Shown: piece by piece, positions 29,566 through 39,868 of the stretch
Layout: every line of letters starts with the position of its first letter
Numbering within the stretch: the first letter of the stretch is position 1
Assembly (NCBI GenBank): GCA_965222115.1
Contig: CBDCTJ010000007.1
Location: 1,888,001-1,952,000 of the forward strand
Reading direction: 5' to 3'
Length of the DNA: 64,000 bases
Origin: Planctomycetota bacterium
GTDB lineage: Bacteria > Planctomycetota > PLA2 > JAEUHO01
Position numbers and translations under genes: made by a program
Notes under the pieces: generated by a model
The model's input: only the letters and a program-made list of their open reading frames with translations
What the model was told of the DNA's origin: nothing
The model's database searches: none

Positions 29566-31002
29566 TTAGCGCGAGAGTTCGATTGCCTCTTCCCCGGTTC
29601 CGAGACGACATCCGTTTGGCGTGAGCTCGTAGGGCAAGGTCTTGCCTTCAGGCGAATTCGTACGCCGTGTCGACTGCGGGGGCGGGTCGAGTTGGTTCAG
29701 CGACGGAGGAAAGGTGCCGTGGCGGATAAAGTGAAGACGTAGCGCGAGCGCAATTAGCACACGATTCAACTGGGAATCGCAACGTTCTTTTCTGTGCGCA
29801 GCAATCGGGAGCGGCACCAGCAACATGGTGGCGAGGATCAACCCAAGTTGGCGTCCAGTTTCGCTAGCGCGGGACGTGCTGGATTCGGTGAACGCTCCAA
29901 TTATTTTCTTGAGCGAGAGTGACTTCAAATCTTTGTTCAGCTTCTTGACTCGATCGCTCAGTTGATCGACACGTCGTTTTGTCTTCTCCACGTTTTCAGC
30001 GGTCAGAGTGCCAATCAAAGGCACAACCTCATCGAGAATACGATTGAACTCTGCCAATGTTGAATTGAGCAACGCGTATCCGTCGCGTCGTGCCTTGGTA
30101 CTCTTCTGACGCTTCAATTCAGCAGTCACGTTGCCAATGAACGACCCAAGAACCATATAGCGATCGAACACGCCGGTGTGTCGGCTTAGGTCCTCCCGCA
30201 TGGGTGGCAACTCGCGGAGTACCGCAATAGCCTGCTTGCAGCCTGCTTCACTGATCGAAGATGACCCGACGGCGCTTTGTATGACATCCAATGCCCTTTG
30301 GCGACGGGACAGCGCAATGAAATACCACAGGAGTCCGCCCTGCTGATCTAGCAGGGTATGGAGGCGAAAGAGCGCCTTCACGTCCTCCAATCCCTCTTCC
30401 CACTTTCCGGTAAACACTCTCACCTCGGCCCGATCACCTAGGCAATCACAGAGCTCGCCAAGCCGGTCGATCGGGAAGGGGTCGCTCAGTTGGCCGTCCG
30501 AGTTGCCAATCACCATAGGCGACCAGAGTCTTGGCTTCCGCGATGCATGTACCAAACCATCGATCTCTTTCTGGAGCCTCTGAAGGACCTCAACCAACAG
30601 AGCGCGTTCGGCCTCCTCTAGGTCCGAAAAATCTGAGTAAATCCCAAAGTAGTCTTCGGGAAGTTGGAAGCTCCCCTTGGTTGGCAGATCGTCGGGTGCG
30701 CCAAGTAGCGCGAGCACCTCGGCTCTATTCCCGTTGATCGTATCCGTTCCGAGGATACGTAACAGTGGGATTGCAGCGTTGTCCTCCGGCGGTGGCGCTC
30801 GTTCAGCGTTGATGGCCGCCACGTAGTCAATGCTGCCATCCTTGGCGAGCGGCTCAACAATGCGTGTCGTGGCGTGGCCGCGCATGAGTGTGGTCGTATC
30901 GGGTTCAAAAGTGGCTACAGAAGACTGCCTGCCGTTCAGTACCAGCACCACCACGAGTGCGGCAACCACGAAGCCCAAAATCATGGTCCTAGACATTGAC
31001 AC
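29566..31002 (-). CDS. Membrane-anchored helical hypothetical protein with GspG-like C-terminal motif
   Basis: N-terminal TM; TRIVEPLAKDGSIDYVAAIN..PEDNAA; C-terminal IALALRLHFIRHGTFPPSLNQL. Confidence 0.75.
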   Translation of the reverse strand: MSMSRTMILGFVVAALVVVLVLNGRQSSVATFEPDTTTLMRGHATTRIVEPLAKDGSIDYVAAINAERAPPPEDNAAIPLLRILGTDTINGNRAEVLALLGAPDDLPTKGSFQLPEDYFGIYSDFSDLEEAERALLVEVLQRLQKEIDGLVHASRKPRLWSPMVIGNSDGQLSDPFPIDRLGELCDCLGDRAEVRVFTGKWEEGLEDVKALFRLHTLLDQQGGLLWYFIALSRRQRALDVIQSAVGSSSISEAGCKQAIAVLRELPPMREDLSRHTGVFDRYMVLGSFIGNVTAELKRQKSTKARRDGYALLNSTLAEFNRILDEVVPLIGTLTAENVEKTKRRVDQLSDRVKKLNKDLKSLSLKKIIGAFTESSTSRASETGRQLGLILATMLLVPLPIAAHRKERCDSQLNRVLIALALRLHFIRHGTFPPSLNQLDPPPQSTRRTNSPEGKTLPYELTPNGCRLGTGEEAIELSR

Positions 31003-31252
31003 ACAACAATACTACATGCCTGCCAACCAATCCGGATTCCTCGCAATCCGCTCCAATCTTTACTAACGACCTTTGCCCAGATCTGTTTCGAATCCACGTC
31101 CCCACGACGAATTCCGTGGCTCATCGCGCCGGAGCAAGCGAATCAACCACGCCTCGCCTTGCGGGACCCCGCGACGTGCCGATACTGCGCCCTTCGAGGC
31201 CGCCCGAGATTCATGGGTCGCTTCCTGATTCCTAAGCAATGTGGAGAGACCC

Positions 31253-32032
31253 ATGTCCGGCAGCAACGCACGCTTCGTTTGGTACGAACTCATGAGCAAA
31301 GATCCCGACGGCAGCAAAGAGTTTTACTCAAAGCTCATGAACTGGAGTGCAGCCCCCTGGGAAGGCGAAATGCCCTACACCATGTGGATGAACGGCGAGA
31401 GCCCCGTTGGCGGATTGATGGAACTTCCAGAAGACGCCGCCAAGGCGGGTGCGCCCACCCATTGGATGGGTTACGTCGGTGTGGACGATGTCGATGCTAC
31501 GGCAAAGAAGGCTGATGAGATTGGTGGCAAGACGCTCGTTGGTCCGCGCGACATTCCCGGTGCCGGCCGCTTTGCCGTGCTCTGTGATCCCACGGGCGCC
31601 ACGATTGCGATTTATAAGTCTGAAAAGGACGAGCAGCCGAGCAACGATGATCCCAAGGCCGGCGAAGTGTCGTGGCACGAACTTATGTCGGAGAATTTCG
31701 AAGAAGCGTTCTCCTTTTACAACCAACTTTTTGGTTGGACGAAGCACGACGACATGGACATGGGTGAGGCGGGTGTGTATCGCCTCTACGGCGCGGGCGA
31801 GCGTACGCTTGGTGGCATGTTTAACAAGCCCGCCGAAGTGCCGATGTCGGCGTGGATGTATTACTTCGAGGTGCCTGAAATTCAGGCAGCCGTCAACACG
31901 GCGAAGACGCTCGGCGGGAATCTGCTTCACGGGCCCATGGAAGTTCCCGGTGGCACCTACATTGCGCAGATGATCGATCCCCAGGGCGGTGCCTTTGCGC
32001 TTCACGCCAAACAGTCGGCCGAGGTCGCGTAG
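31253..32032 (+). CDS. Two-domain VOC / glyoxalase-bleomycin resistance family protein
   Basis: Duplicated FVWYELMS / VSWHELMS, FY..LFGW, DPTGA / DPQGG motifs; GGAGAG RBS. Confidence 0.93.
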   Translation: MSGSNARFVWYELMSKDPDGSKEFYSKLMNWSAAPWEGEMPYTMWMNGESPVGGLMELPEDAAKAGAPTHWMGYVGVDDVDATAKKADEIGGKTLVGPRDIPGAGRFAVLCDPTGATIAIYKSEKDEQPSNDDPKAGEVSWHELMSENFEEAFSFYNQLFGWTKHDDMDMGEAGVYRLYGAGERTLGGMFNKPAEVPMSAWMYYFEVPEIQAAVNTAKTLGGNLLHGPMEVPGGTYIAQMIDPQGGAFALHAKQSAEVA

Positions 32033-32108
32033 CTCGCGAAGTTTCGTGGGTTTGAAACGATTCGCCCGGGGAGCCCCGACCGTCGATTGGTGGCGGTAAG
32101 GTAGCCGG

Positions 32109-33932
32109 GTGAGTTATCAGATTCTCAGTCGTCGGTACCGCCCGCAACGCTTCGACGACGTGTCGGGTCAACAGCATGTGCGCCGGGTTCTTACCGGCGC
32201 CATTCGCAACCGCCGCGTGGGTCAGGCTTTTCTCTTCCTAGGACCCCGCGGTGTCGGCAAAACAACGATGGCGCGCATATTGGCCCGTGCGCTGAATTGC
32301 GAAGCCCATAGAGCGCGTTGGGACGACGACGCCACCGACGCATCCACCGCCAACATTCCCATTGAACCGTGTGGGGAATGTCCCTCATGCAAAGGTGTGG
32401 CGGCCAGTTCCGATCTCGACGTCATCGAAATGGACGCAGCGTCCAACAATCACGTAGAAGACGTTCGCACACTGCGCGAGCGCGTGGGCTATGCGGCGGC
32501 GCGCAGTCCGTTTCGTATTTGGATCGTGGACGAGGTCCACATGTTGTCGCGCGCGGCGTTTGATGCCTTTCTAAAGACGCTCGAAGAGCCGCCGCCGTGG
32601 GTCAAGTTCATTTTTTGTACGACCGAGGCCCACAAACTGCCGGCCACATTCCGAAGTCGCTGTTCGTTGCTCGAATTTCGCGCACTGGATACGCCCACGC
32701 TTGCGAAACGCATCACGCGCTTGGCAGCCAATGAAGACGTCAAACTCGAAGATGGGTTGGCCGATGCCATTGCACGTGCGGCACGTGGTGGCATGCGCGA
32801 TGCCGAGTCCATGCTGGAACAGTTGTTGGCCGTCCATGCCAGCGGCATCCTTACGCGCAACGACTTTGACATGTTGTGTGGTCGCTTGTCGGCCGAGCGT
32901 ATGTCCACATTGATGGATGCAACGCACGCCGCCGATGCCAATCGCGCGATCGATATTTTGGACGAAGCCATTGCCGACGGCGCCAAACCGGGCGTAGTGC
33001 TCGACCAATGGCTCGACGCGTGGCGTACGGTCATGGTGGGAACGCAAGACGAACGACAAGCGCCGGCCATGCAAGTTCGTGCGTGCCAGGCGATGGAAAT
33101 ACTGCTTGCGAAACGCGCCCATTTGCGAACCGGGGCCGATGGCAGTTTGTTGCTCCACGTTGCGGCCGTTGAGCTGGCACGCTTGCCCACCGCGCGCGAT
33201 CTCGACGCGCTGTTGTCGGCGGTTCATTCGTTGTCCTCCCCATCAGGCAATGCACCGCGCGTCGAATCGCGAGACGCCCAATCACGGCCCGCGTCGCCGA
33301 CCCACACCGAAACGAGACCCCGACACACCGAGGCGTCAAGCGATTCGGCAGTCACAACGCCATTACCGCCTGCACCTTCTCAATCGTCACGCTCCGATGG
33401 ACCACCACTTGACGCTGCAAAGGGAGATACAGGAGGCACAGGTGGCGCGAATGCTCAGGCTAGGTCCTCGAAGCAGACCTCGACGACGGCGTCACGTAGC
33501 GGCGTTGCCGTTGTGTCCAAGCAACCGACCACGTCCGACAAGCCTCTCTTGCGTGCCGCCGACGTGCAGGCCAAATGGGAAGAAATCGTGGATGTGGCCG
33601 CGAAGAAAAAGCCCGCGCTTGCCCCGCTTCTTGATCATGTATCTATTCGTGGCGTAAAGGGGCAAACGGTTCACATATCGGTCGATCCCGATGCGGTGAT
33701 GGCTCGCCAAGCGTTTGTGCGACCCGAGTATCAGATGGCGCTCGGCCAACTGCTGCGAGACGTTTGTGGTCAGTTTTTGCGTCCGGTGGTTGTGGCCGAG
33801 GGACCGCGACACATGGAAGGGCTCATCGCCGACGACGCCCGCCACGATCCGACGATTGCGAACGTGGTTCAGCGTGTGAACGGCCAGTTGCTGTGGGTGA
33901 AAGACGTGAGTGATCGTAAGGGGGCGCGGTAG
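32109..33932 (+). CDS. dnaX: DNA polymerase III gamma/tau subunit
   Basis: YQILSRRYRPQRF, GPRGVGKTT, zinc CGECPSC, EMDAASN, IVDEVHML, LKTLEEPP, GGMRDAES. Confidence 0.95.
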   Translation: MSYQILSRRYRPQRFDDVSGQQHVRRVLTGAIRNRRVGQAFLFLGPRGVGKTTMARILARALNCEAHRARWDDDATDASTANIPIEPCGECPSCKGVAASSDLDVIEMDAASNNHVEDVRTLRERVGYAAARSPFRIWIVDEVHMLSRAAFDAFLKTLEEPPPWVKFIFCTTEAHKLPATFRSRCSLLEFRALDTPTLAKRITRLAANEDVKLEDGLADAIARAARGGMRDAESMLEQLLAVHASGILTRNDFDMLCGRLSAERMSTLMDATHAADANRAIDILDEAIADGAKPGVVLDQWLDAWRTVMVGTQDERQAPAMQVRACQAMEILLAKRAHLRTGADGSLLLHVAAVELARLPTARDLDALLSAVHSLSSPSGNAPRVESRDAQSRPASPTHTETRPRHTEASSDSAVTTPLPPAPSQSSRSDGPPLDAAKGDTGGTGGANAQARSSKQTSTTASRSGVAVVSKQPTTSDKPLLRAADVQAKWEEIVDVAAKKKPALAPLLDHVSIRGVKGQTVHISVDPDAVMARQAFVRPEYQMALGQLLRDVCGQFLRPVVVAEGPRHMEGLIADDARHDPTIANVVQRVNGQLLWVKDVSDRKGAR

Positions 33933-33976
33933 CGCGCAAGACCAATCCGAAGTAGTTTCGAATCAACAACCGAGGC

Positions 33977-34615
33977 GTGACGCAATCGACAATGGCCCAT
34001 CGCGAACCTGAAGCACTGCTTGCGTTGATCCGCGAGCTCGAACGATTGCCGGGAATTGGCGCGCGAACAGCATCGCGACTTGCTCACCATCTCTTGCGCG
34101 TACCCAAGGATGAGGCGCTAGGCCTGGCACATGCCATTCAGCTTGTCCGAGACACGATTCACCCGTGCACCGGGTGCCAGTCACCGACCGATGTGGATCC
34201 ATGCGCCATTTGCACCGACGACACGCGCGATCGAGAAACGCTGCTGGTCGTGGAGACTGCGCGCATCATGAACGCGATCGAAGCGGCGGGACACTACCGC
34301 GGACTCTACTTCGTATTGGGCGATCGCTTGCGTCCCGCGGATGGTGTGGACGCAGGCTCTTTAGCGCTCGCGGCATTGCGTGAGCGCGTTTCGAGTGACG
34401 CGTGGAATGGCGTGCGCATCAAAGAGGTGTGCATGGGCACCAACCCGGATCTTGAGGGGGACGGCGCCGTGCTCTCGGTATCGGCGCTGCTCGAAGGCTT
34501 CGATGTGCGCCTTACGCAGTTGGCGCGTGGCATTCCCTCGGGTGGGCAGATCGAATATCAAAGCGCAACGGCGATTGCCGACGCGATCGATGGTCGGGTC
34601 CCTGTTTCGCCTTAG
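33977..34615 (+). CDS. recR: Recombination mediator RecR
   Basis: LPGIGARTASRLA, CTGC..PCAIC zinc finger, TOPRIM-like TNPDLEGD, LARGIPSGG. Confidence 0.95.
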   Translation: MTQSTMAHREPEALLALIRELERLPGIGARTASRLAHHLLRVPKDEALGLAHAIQLVRDTIHPCTGCQSPTDVDPCAICTDDTRDRETLLVVETARIMNAIEAAGHYRGLYFVLGDRLRPADGVDAGSLALAALRERVSSDAWNGVRIKEVCMGTNPDLEGDGAVLSVSALLEGFDVRLTQLARGIPSGGQIEYQSATAIADAIDGRVPVSP

Positions 34616-35010
34616 GCGTCAGGTCCCCCCAATGCACAGGTCTTCGTAGAACTCAAAACGCTGAAGAACCCATGTCTGCAAAGTAGACTGGGTCATTCGG
34701 GCGCGCGATTTTTCGCTCAAGTTCTGGACGTATGCGTTTTCGCAACGTGCAAAGTCGCGCACACGTGCTGATTCGCACGCGGCCTGATTCGAAAGCAACG
34801 CACATCGTGTACTACTGGTAACACGTCCAGTGTGGTTCTCAAGCAGCGCGGAGTTCTCGTCGATGTGAGAAACGCGCCCACATTGTACGTGCGCCGTGTC
34901 ATGACGACACGGTTGCGGCGTCGCACAGGAGCCGCCGCAAGAACGTGTGCGTTCGTGAACGTCAACCCGACCTTGTTTCCGCGTCTGGCTCGGCGCTAGA
35001 ATGAACCCCC

Positions 35011-37059
35011 ATGAAACTGCAGCTAGGCCTCAACCAAAAACTCTCGCAACAGCTTCGGCTGGCGCCGCAGATCATTCAGTCCATTGAGATTCTGCAACTT
35101 CCCGCGCTCGATTTGCGCGAATTGATTGAGCACGAGCTGCAAGAGAACGAGGCGCTCGAAGTTATTGAGCCCGCGCCGGATGAGTTCGTGGACCGCGCCA
35201 GTGCCGATCGTGAGATGCGCCAAAAGGCCGACGAGGACCAATCGAGCGACTTTGAAGTTCGCGAGTTTTCAGAAGCGTCGGGCATCGCCGACGTGATCGA
35301 TTCAAAGGACACGCCGGTAGCCGACATGGACCACGCTGCGGCATCCACCGATAGCCGTACTACGGACGAAGCAGTGAAGGAAGACGTCCTGAGTGATGCA
35401 CAGACATCCACGCTGCTCGAGCGCATTGACGGCTTGCGCGAAAGTGCCACGGTGGGTGATCGCGGGACGCGCGCGGCGCAAGAAGCTTCGGATCGCAAGC
35501 TTGAAGCCATCCATAACACGCCCGCGCACGATCCCAGCCTCGCCGATCATCTCCTCAACCAACTAGACGAGTTGGAACTGTCGGCCGAGCTGAGCGCCGC
35601 CACGGAGGCCGTAGTTTACAACCTCAATGATCGCGGGCTCTTGGACTGTAGCGACGAAGAGATCTTGGCAGGCATGGACGAGCCGGTGTCCATGGAGGTC
35701 CTTGAAAAGGCCATTCGCGTGGTGCAGCGATTGGAGCCACGTGGAGTTGGCGCGCGCAACGTGGGGGAGTGCATTCTTCTTCAAATTCCAAGCACCGATC
35801 CGGATGCGGTGCAGCTAGGTACGCTCATTCGCGAGCACTTCGACGATCTGCTGCGCAACAAGCGACCCAAAATCGCCAAAGCCATGGGGCTCAAGGTCAG
35901 CGAACTCAATACGCTCACCGAGCGCTTGCGTGATTTTGACTTTCGTCCAGGTGCGGCGTTTTCCTCCGCACCTACGCGCTACATTCGCCCCGACGTCATC
36001 ATTGAACAGTTGACCGACGCGGACCTCGATGCCATTCGTTCTGGTGAGCGTCGAGATACCACGTACCGACGTCCATTGCATTCCACCGATGACGGTTACA
36101 CCAAAGACGATGACTCCAATGACGATGGCAGGGACGACCGTGTCGTTAATGACCGTTTGGGGGGCGACGAATCGGCGCGCCATGAATCAGCCCGAGGTTA
36201 TGCCTACGACAGCCATTCGTACGACAGCAACACATTCCGAGGCACCACATTCCAAGGCAACGGTGGGGTGCACGAATCGTATGGGAATGGCAGCGCGCAT
36301 GTGACGCCTCCGCGATCGTCGGATCCGTATCGCGCCGACGTTCGCAATCACGGCAACCTTCATGGAGGCGCCCCGCGGCTGGGGATCGATGCGCCGGATC
36401 CATCGAATGCCCGCGGCGATGCCTCCGCTCATGGTTCGAAGCGCCCGAGCCGGAACCCAGACCTCGGTCGGTATTCCGTGCGACTTGTCCATGAACATTT
36501 GCCACGCGTTGGGTTGAGTCCCGCAGTGCGCGCCATGCTGAAAGAGCAAAAGCACGATCCGTCTGTTCGTGACTACCTCAAGCAGAAGATAGAAGCCGCT
36601 CGTTGGCTCATTGATGCCATCGCCCAGCGACAATCCACACTCGAACGCGTGGCCAGAGAGATTGTTGCCCGCCAGCGCGACTACCTCGACTTTGGTGTGA
36701 GCCACTTGCGCCCGTTAAAAATGCAAGAGATTGCCGATGTGCTGGGGATCCATGTGTCCACGGTGAGTCGTGCCATCAGCGACAAGTATGCACAGACGCC
36801 GCGCGGCATTGTTCCCTTGAAGTTTTTCTTTACCGGTGGCACCGAGAACGAAGACGGCGGTATCGAGTCGCGCATGAGCGTGAAAGAACGCGTGCGCGAG
36901 ATCATTGACGACGAAGACAAGCAAAAGCCGCTGTCCGATGATGATGTGGCTGAGCAACTCAAGGTGCGATTCGGCCTCGAGATTGCCCGTCGCACAGTGA
37001 CAAAGTATCGCAAGGCGTTAAACATTCCGTCATCGCGCCAGCGTCGTGTCTGGGAATAG
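35011..37059 (+). CDS. rpoN: RNA polymerase sigma-54 factor with large internal insertion
   Basis: QQLRLAPQIIQSIEILQLP, EPRGVGARN..EC..LQ, HVSTVSRA HTH, RpoN box ARRTVTKYR. Confidence 0.96.
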   Translation: MKLQLGLNQKLSQQLRLAPQIIQSIEILQLPALDLRELIEHELQENEALEVIEPAPDEFVDRASADREMRQKADEDQSSDFEVREFSEASGIADVIDSKDTPVADMDHAAASTDSRTTDEAVKEDVLSDAQTSTLLERIDGLRESATVGDRGTRAAQEASDRKLEAIHNTPAHDPSLADHLLNQLDELELSAELSAATEAVVYNLNDRGLLDCSDEEILAGMDEPVSMEVLEKAIRVVQRLEPRGVGARNVGECILLQIPSTDPDAVQLGTLIREHFDDLLRNKRPKIAKAMGLKVSELNTLTERLRDFDFRPGAAFSSAPTRYIRPDVIIEQLTDADLDAIRSGERRDTTYRRPLHSTDDGYTKDDDSNDDGRDDRVVNDRLGGDESARHESARGYAYDSHSYDSNTFRGTTFQGNGGVHESYGNGSAHVTPPRSSDPYRADVRNHGNLHGGAPRLGIDAPDPSNARGDASAHGSKRPSRNPDLGRYSVRLVHEHLPRVGLSPAVRAMLKEQKHDPSVRDYLKQKIEAARWLIDAIAQRQSTLERVAREIVARQRDYLDFGVSHLRPLKMQEIADVLGIHVSTVSRAISDKYAQTPRGIVPLKFFFTGGTENEDGGIESRMSVKERVREIIDDEDKQKPLSDDDVAEQLKVRFGLEIARRTVTKYRKALNIPSSRQRRVWE

Positions 37060-37250
37060 CGCCCGGTTGTTCCATGCGTAGGCTGTGGCGTCGGGCGAGG
37101 TGGCATCCCAAGAGATAGGCACCTGACGACCGTCGCTCAATTTGGTACAATGCATGTTCGCAACGTCCCGCGGTGCGTCTATGCGGCGTTTAGGAGGGCG
37201 ACCTGAGCCCACGCGTTCCATCGTCCCCGACTCGTCAGGTTAGGTCGCGG

Positions 37251-38345
37251 ATGGACGTTCGGTCGCAGATGGCGGCATCCGGAGAACCACAACCGCCAAA
37301 CGCGGTCACAGATGCAGATGCTCTGCCAAGTAGCGCGGCGAATAGCTCGGCACGTAGCTCGAAGGAACGATCACACGAGACCGCGCCCTCATCCGTGCGT
37401 CCGCAGAAGCCGTTGGGGACGCGCACGCTGCGACTTGATCTTCAGTTTGACGGCACCGATTTTTCGGGCTGGCAGCGCCAAACGAAACGCCGCACCGTGC
37501 AGGGGGAGGTAGAGCGTGCGCTCGAACACGTCTTGGGTGCGCCGCATCGCCTACTAGGTTGCGGTCGGACCGACGCGGGCGTGCATGCGCGTCTGCATGT
37601 GGCCTCCACACGAACGCGTCATGACTTGCCCGCCGAGCGACTGCTGTACGCACTTGACGCCACGCTGCCCAACGATGTCTCGGTGTTGTCGGTTGCGGAT
37701 GTGCACCCGTCGTTTCACCCCATGCGCGATGCGTATTGGAAGTGGTATCGCTATGTACTACTTGTAAGTCGAACGCGCCGGCCCCTGCATCGACGATGGG
37801 CCGTACGTGTGCCCCAAGCGCCCTCCCTCGAGGCGCTCAATCGTGCATGCACGCCCTTGCGCGGTACCCACGATTTTGTGAGTTTCGCCAATCGCGGTTC
37901 CACTGCGGATGATCCAGGCGCTCGCGGCACGGTTCGCACGATTCACTACCTGGCGTGGCACGAATGTTCGTCCAATGAACTCTGGATGCCTTCAGAAACG
38001 CTTGTGGATTCGTTCGGCGCACGTGCTTCCTTACGTCTGGCTTCCCCGCGCCTGCTAGTGATGGACGTGCTCGGTGATGGATTCTTTTACAAGATGGTTC
38101 GCACGTTGGCGGGCACGTTACTTAAGGCGGCTGGTGGCGATTCGCCGTTTGGCGACGTCGAGGCCGCATTGTGTGCGCGTGACCGACGTGCCGCCGGCAA
38201 AGCCATGCCCGCGGCAGGCCTCACACTTATGGCGGTGGGGTTGCGAGGCGATCCGGTGGCCGACGACATGCCACTAGAACTCCGCGCCGCGGCGATGCGT
38301 GCGACTGCGGCCGCTGCCTCATCGGAGGAGGCCCGATTTCCGTGA
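37251..38345 (+). CDS. truA: tRNA pseudouridine(38-40) synthase
   Basis: FDGTDFSGWQRQ, TVQGEVE, GRTDAGVHA, GTHDFVSF, GDGFFYKMVR; start uncertain. Confidence 0.93.
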   Translation: MDVRSQMAASGEPQPPNAVTDADALPSSAANSSARSSKERSHETAPSSVRPQKPLGTRTLRLDLQFDGTDFSGWQRQTKRRTVQGEVERALEHVLGAPHRLLGCGRTDAGVHARLHVASTRTRHDLPAERLLYALDATLPNDVSVLSVADVHPSFHPMRDAYWKWYRYVLLVSRTRRPLHRRWAVRVPQAPSLEALNRACTPLRGTHDFVSFANRGSTADDPGARGTVRTIHYLAWHECSSNELWMPSETLVDSFGARASLRLASPRLLVMDVLGDGFFYKMVRTLAGTLLKAAGGDSPFGDVEAALCARDRRAAGKAMPAAGLTLMAVGLRGDPVADDMPLELRAAAMRATAAAASSEEARFP

Positions 38346-38415
38346 CGCCCATGTGTCCATACCCCGACGTTTTTATCTCCGCCTCCCCAGAGGCGGCCAA
38401 CCCAAGGAGAGCACA

Positions 38416-38820
38416 ATGAAGATGATGATCAGCGGTCGCCATGTCGGTGTCACAGAAAGCATGAAGGAGTATGCCGAGACGAAGGTGCTCAAGCTCGTCA
38501 AGTTCTTCGACCGCATCACCAGCGTTCGCGTCACCATGGACATTGAGGGCATTCAACAACACGTCGAAATGGTGGTGGAGGTCGCCCGTGGGCAACGGCT
38601 GGTCGCCAAGGCGGAGGCGGTAGATATGTACGCCGCGTGTGACCTGGCCGAACGAAAACTGGCCCAGCGGCTTCGCAAATACAAAGACCGACTGACCGAC
38701 CATCATCGCGGCGAGCGTATTCCACCGGTGGATCGCACGGCCCCCGTGGCCCGCGGCGACAAAAAGCCCCATGAGGAAACCTACCAAGAGGTCATTGACG
38801 AGATGCAACTCGACGATTAG
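38416..38820 (+). CDS. hpf: Ribosome hibernation promoting factor (HPF/RaiA)
   Basis: ISGRHVGVTESMKEYAETK..KL.KFFD, DMYAACD..ERKL..RLRKYKDR; AAGGAG RBS. Confidence 0.92.
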   Translation: MKMMISGRHVGVTESMKEYAETKVLKLVKFFDRITSVRVTMDIEGIQQHVEMVVEVARGQRLVAKAEAVDMYAACDLAERKLAQRLRKYKDRLTDHHRGERIPPVDRTAPVARGDKKPHEETYQEVIDEMQLDD

Positions 38821-38955
38821 CCCCCATGGCGGTGAATGAGGCCCGCCACGGGCGCGCGAACGACCTGATGGTGATTGGACCGTGACGTTCTCCGGTTCGT
38901 CACGGCCCGCGAATCGTCGTCGCACGTCTGAAATCCCCGATAGGATTGGTGTCGG

Positions 38956-38971
38956 TGGACGGCGACTTGCT
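38956..38971 (+). promoter_or_regulatory. Possible sigma-54-like promoter before ptsN
   Basis: TGGACGGCGACTTGCT: GG-N10-GC spacing with TTGCT, but -24 box deviates from TGGCAC. Confidence 0.25.
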
Positions 38972-38996
38972 CGCCTACGTATTTCTCAGGAGAACT

Positions 38997-39479
38997 ATGT
39001 CCGACGTCAACGTGAGCAGCCTCTTGCGCACCCAACACTGTCTGCCCAAACTCAAGGGCGGCACGCGCGAGGAAGTTGTAGAAGAACTCATCCGCACGTT
39101 TGTCGCCAGCGGCGCGCTCGCGGAAGACGCGGCGCCAACGTTGTATGGCGAGGTATTGGCCCGTGAAGACGAAGGCACCACGGGGATCGGCAAAGGCGTA
39201 GCCATGCCACATGCCCGTGGGACCGAGACCGTGCCTTCGTCCATGGTGGCCGTGGGTCTTCACGAAGAGGGCATCGACTTTGATGCTACCGATGGCGCCC
39301 CGGTGCACATTGTGTTTCTGATCGCAAGTACCGACAGCCAGGAATACCTCCAAGTGGCGCGTCAGATTGCGCGCGTCGCGCGCGACGATGTGGAGATGCG
39401 CGCATTGCGCCGTCAGACCACGAAAAAGGCCATTGTTTCTTTCTTAAAGGAGTCGTGGTCGCAGCCCGCGGCGTCGTAG
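38997..39479 (+). CDS. ptsN: PTS IIA(Ntr)-like protein
   Basis: REDEGTTGIGKGVAMPHAR phospho-His motif, GIDFDATDGAPVHIVFLI; CAGGAG RBS. Confidence 0.9.
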   Translation: MSDVNVSSLLRTQHCLPKLKGGTREEVVEELIRTFVASGALAEDAAPTLYGEVLAREDEGTTGIGKGVAMPHARGTETVPSSMVAVGLHEEGIDFDATDGAPVHIVFLIASTDSQEYLQVARQIARVARDDVEMRALRRQTTKKAIVSFLKESWSQPAAS

Positions 39480-39523
39480 TCCCGCGCGTTGTACAATCCA
39501 ACGTCCATGAACCGCGAAACTCT

Positions 39524-39868
39524 ATGAACCCAAGTACCAACCCTCCGCCCGCCGACTCGCCCTCACGCGGGACCGTTTCGCGCACCGTGGAAGTGCTCAA
39601 TGGTGCTGGGCTCCACGCGCGACCCGCAAGTGTTTTGGCGGCGTGTGCCAACGAATACGAGTCAGAGATTTCACTCGTGCTTGCGCAAGCCGTTGGCGAA
39701 GGGGGCGTAGACGTGGGTACACGTGTCGATGCCAAGAGCGTGTTGGATGTGATCGTGTTGGGCGCACCCTGCGGCACCAAGATCGATGTTGAAGCGGTGG
39801 GCCCCGACGCAGAGGCAGCCGTTGCTGCGATAGAAGCCCTCTTTCTCGCTCGGTTCGGCCTGATGTAA
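39524..39868 (+). CDS. ptsH: Phosphocarrier protein HPr/NPr
   Basis: NGAGLHARPAS (His15), VDAKSVLDV (Ser46), GPDAEAAV. Confidence 0.92.
   Translation: MNPSTNPPPADSPSRGTVSRTVEVLNGAGLHARPASVLAACANEYESEISLVLAQAVGEGGVDVGTRVDAKSVLDVIVLGAPCGTKIDVEAVGPDAEAAVAAIEALFLARFGLM

Noticed and set aside
29536-29582. Further 3'-end echo after the 478-aa gene (CGAACTCT repeated), and 9-mers after the VOC gene
   Set aside because: Matches are too short to distinguish from chance
32033-32108. SRP RNA (ffs), often located before dnaX
   Set aside because: The gap is short and lacks the CAGG..GGAA..AGCAG domain IV motif
34616-35010. ncRNA between recR and rpoN
   Set aside because: Several short hairpins but no recognisable family motif
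36013-36468. Intein in RpoN
   Set aside because: No Cys/Ser block A or His-Asn terminal motif; the insert is low-complexity
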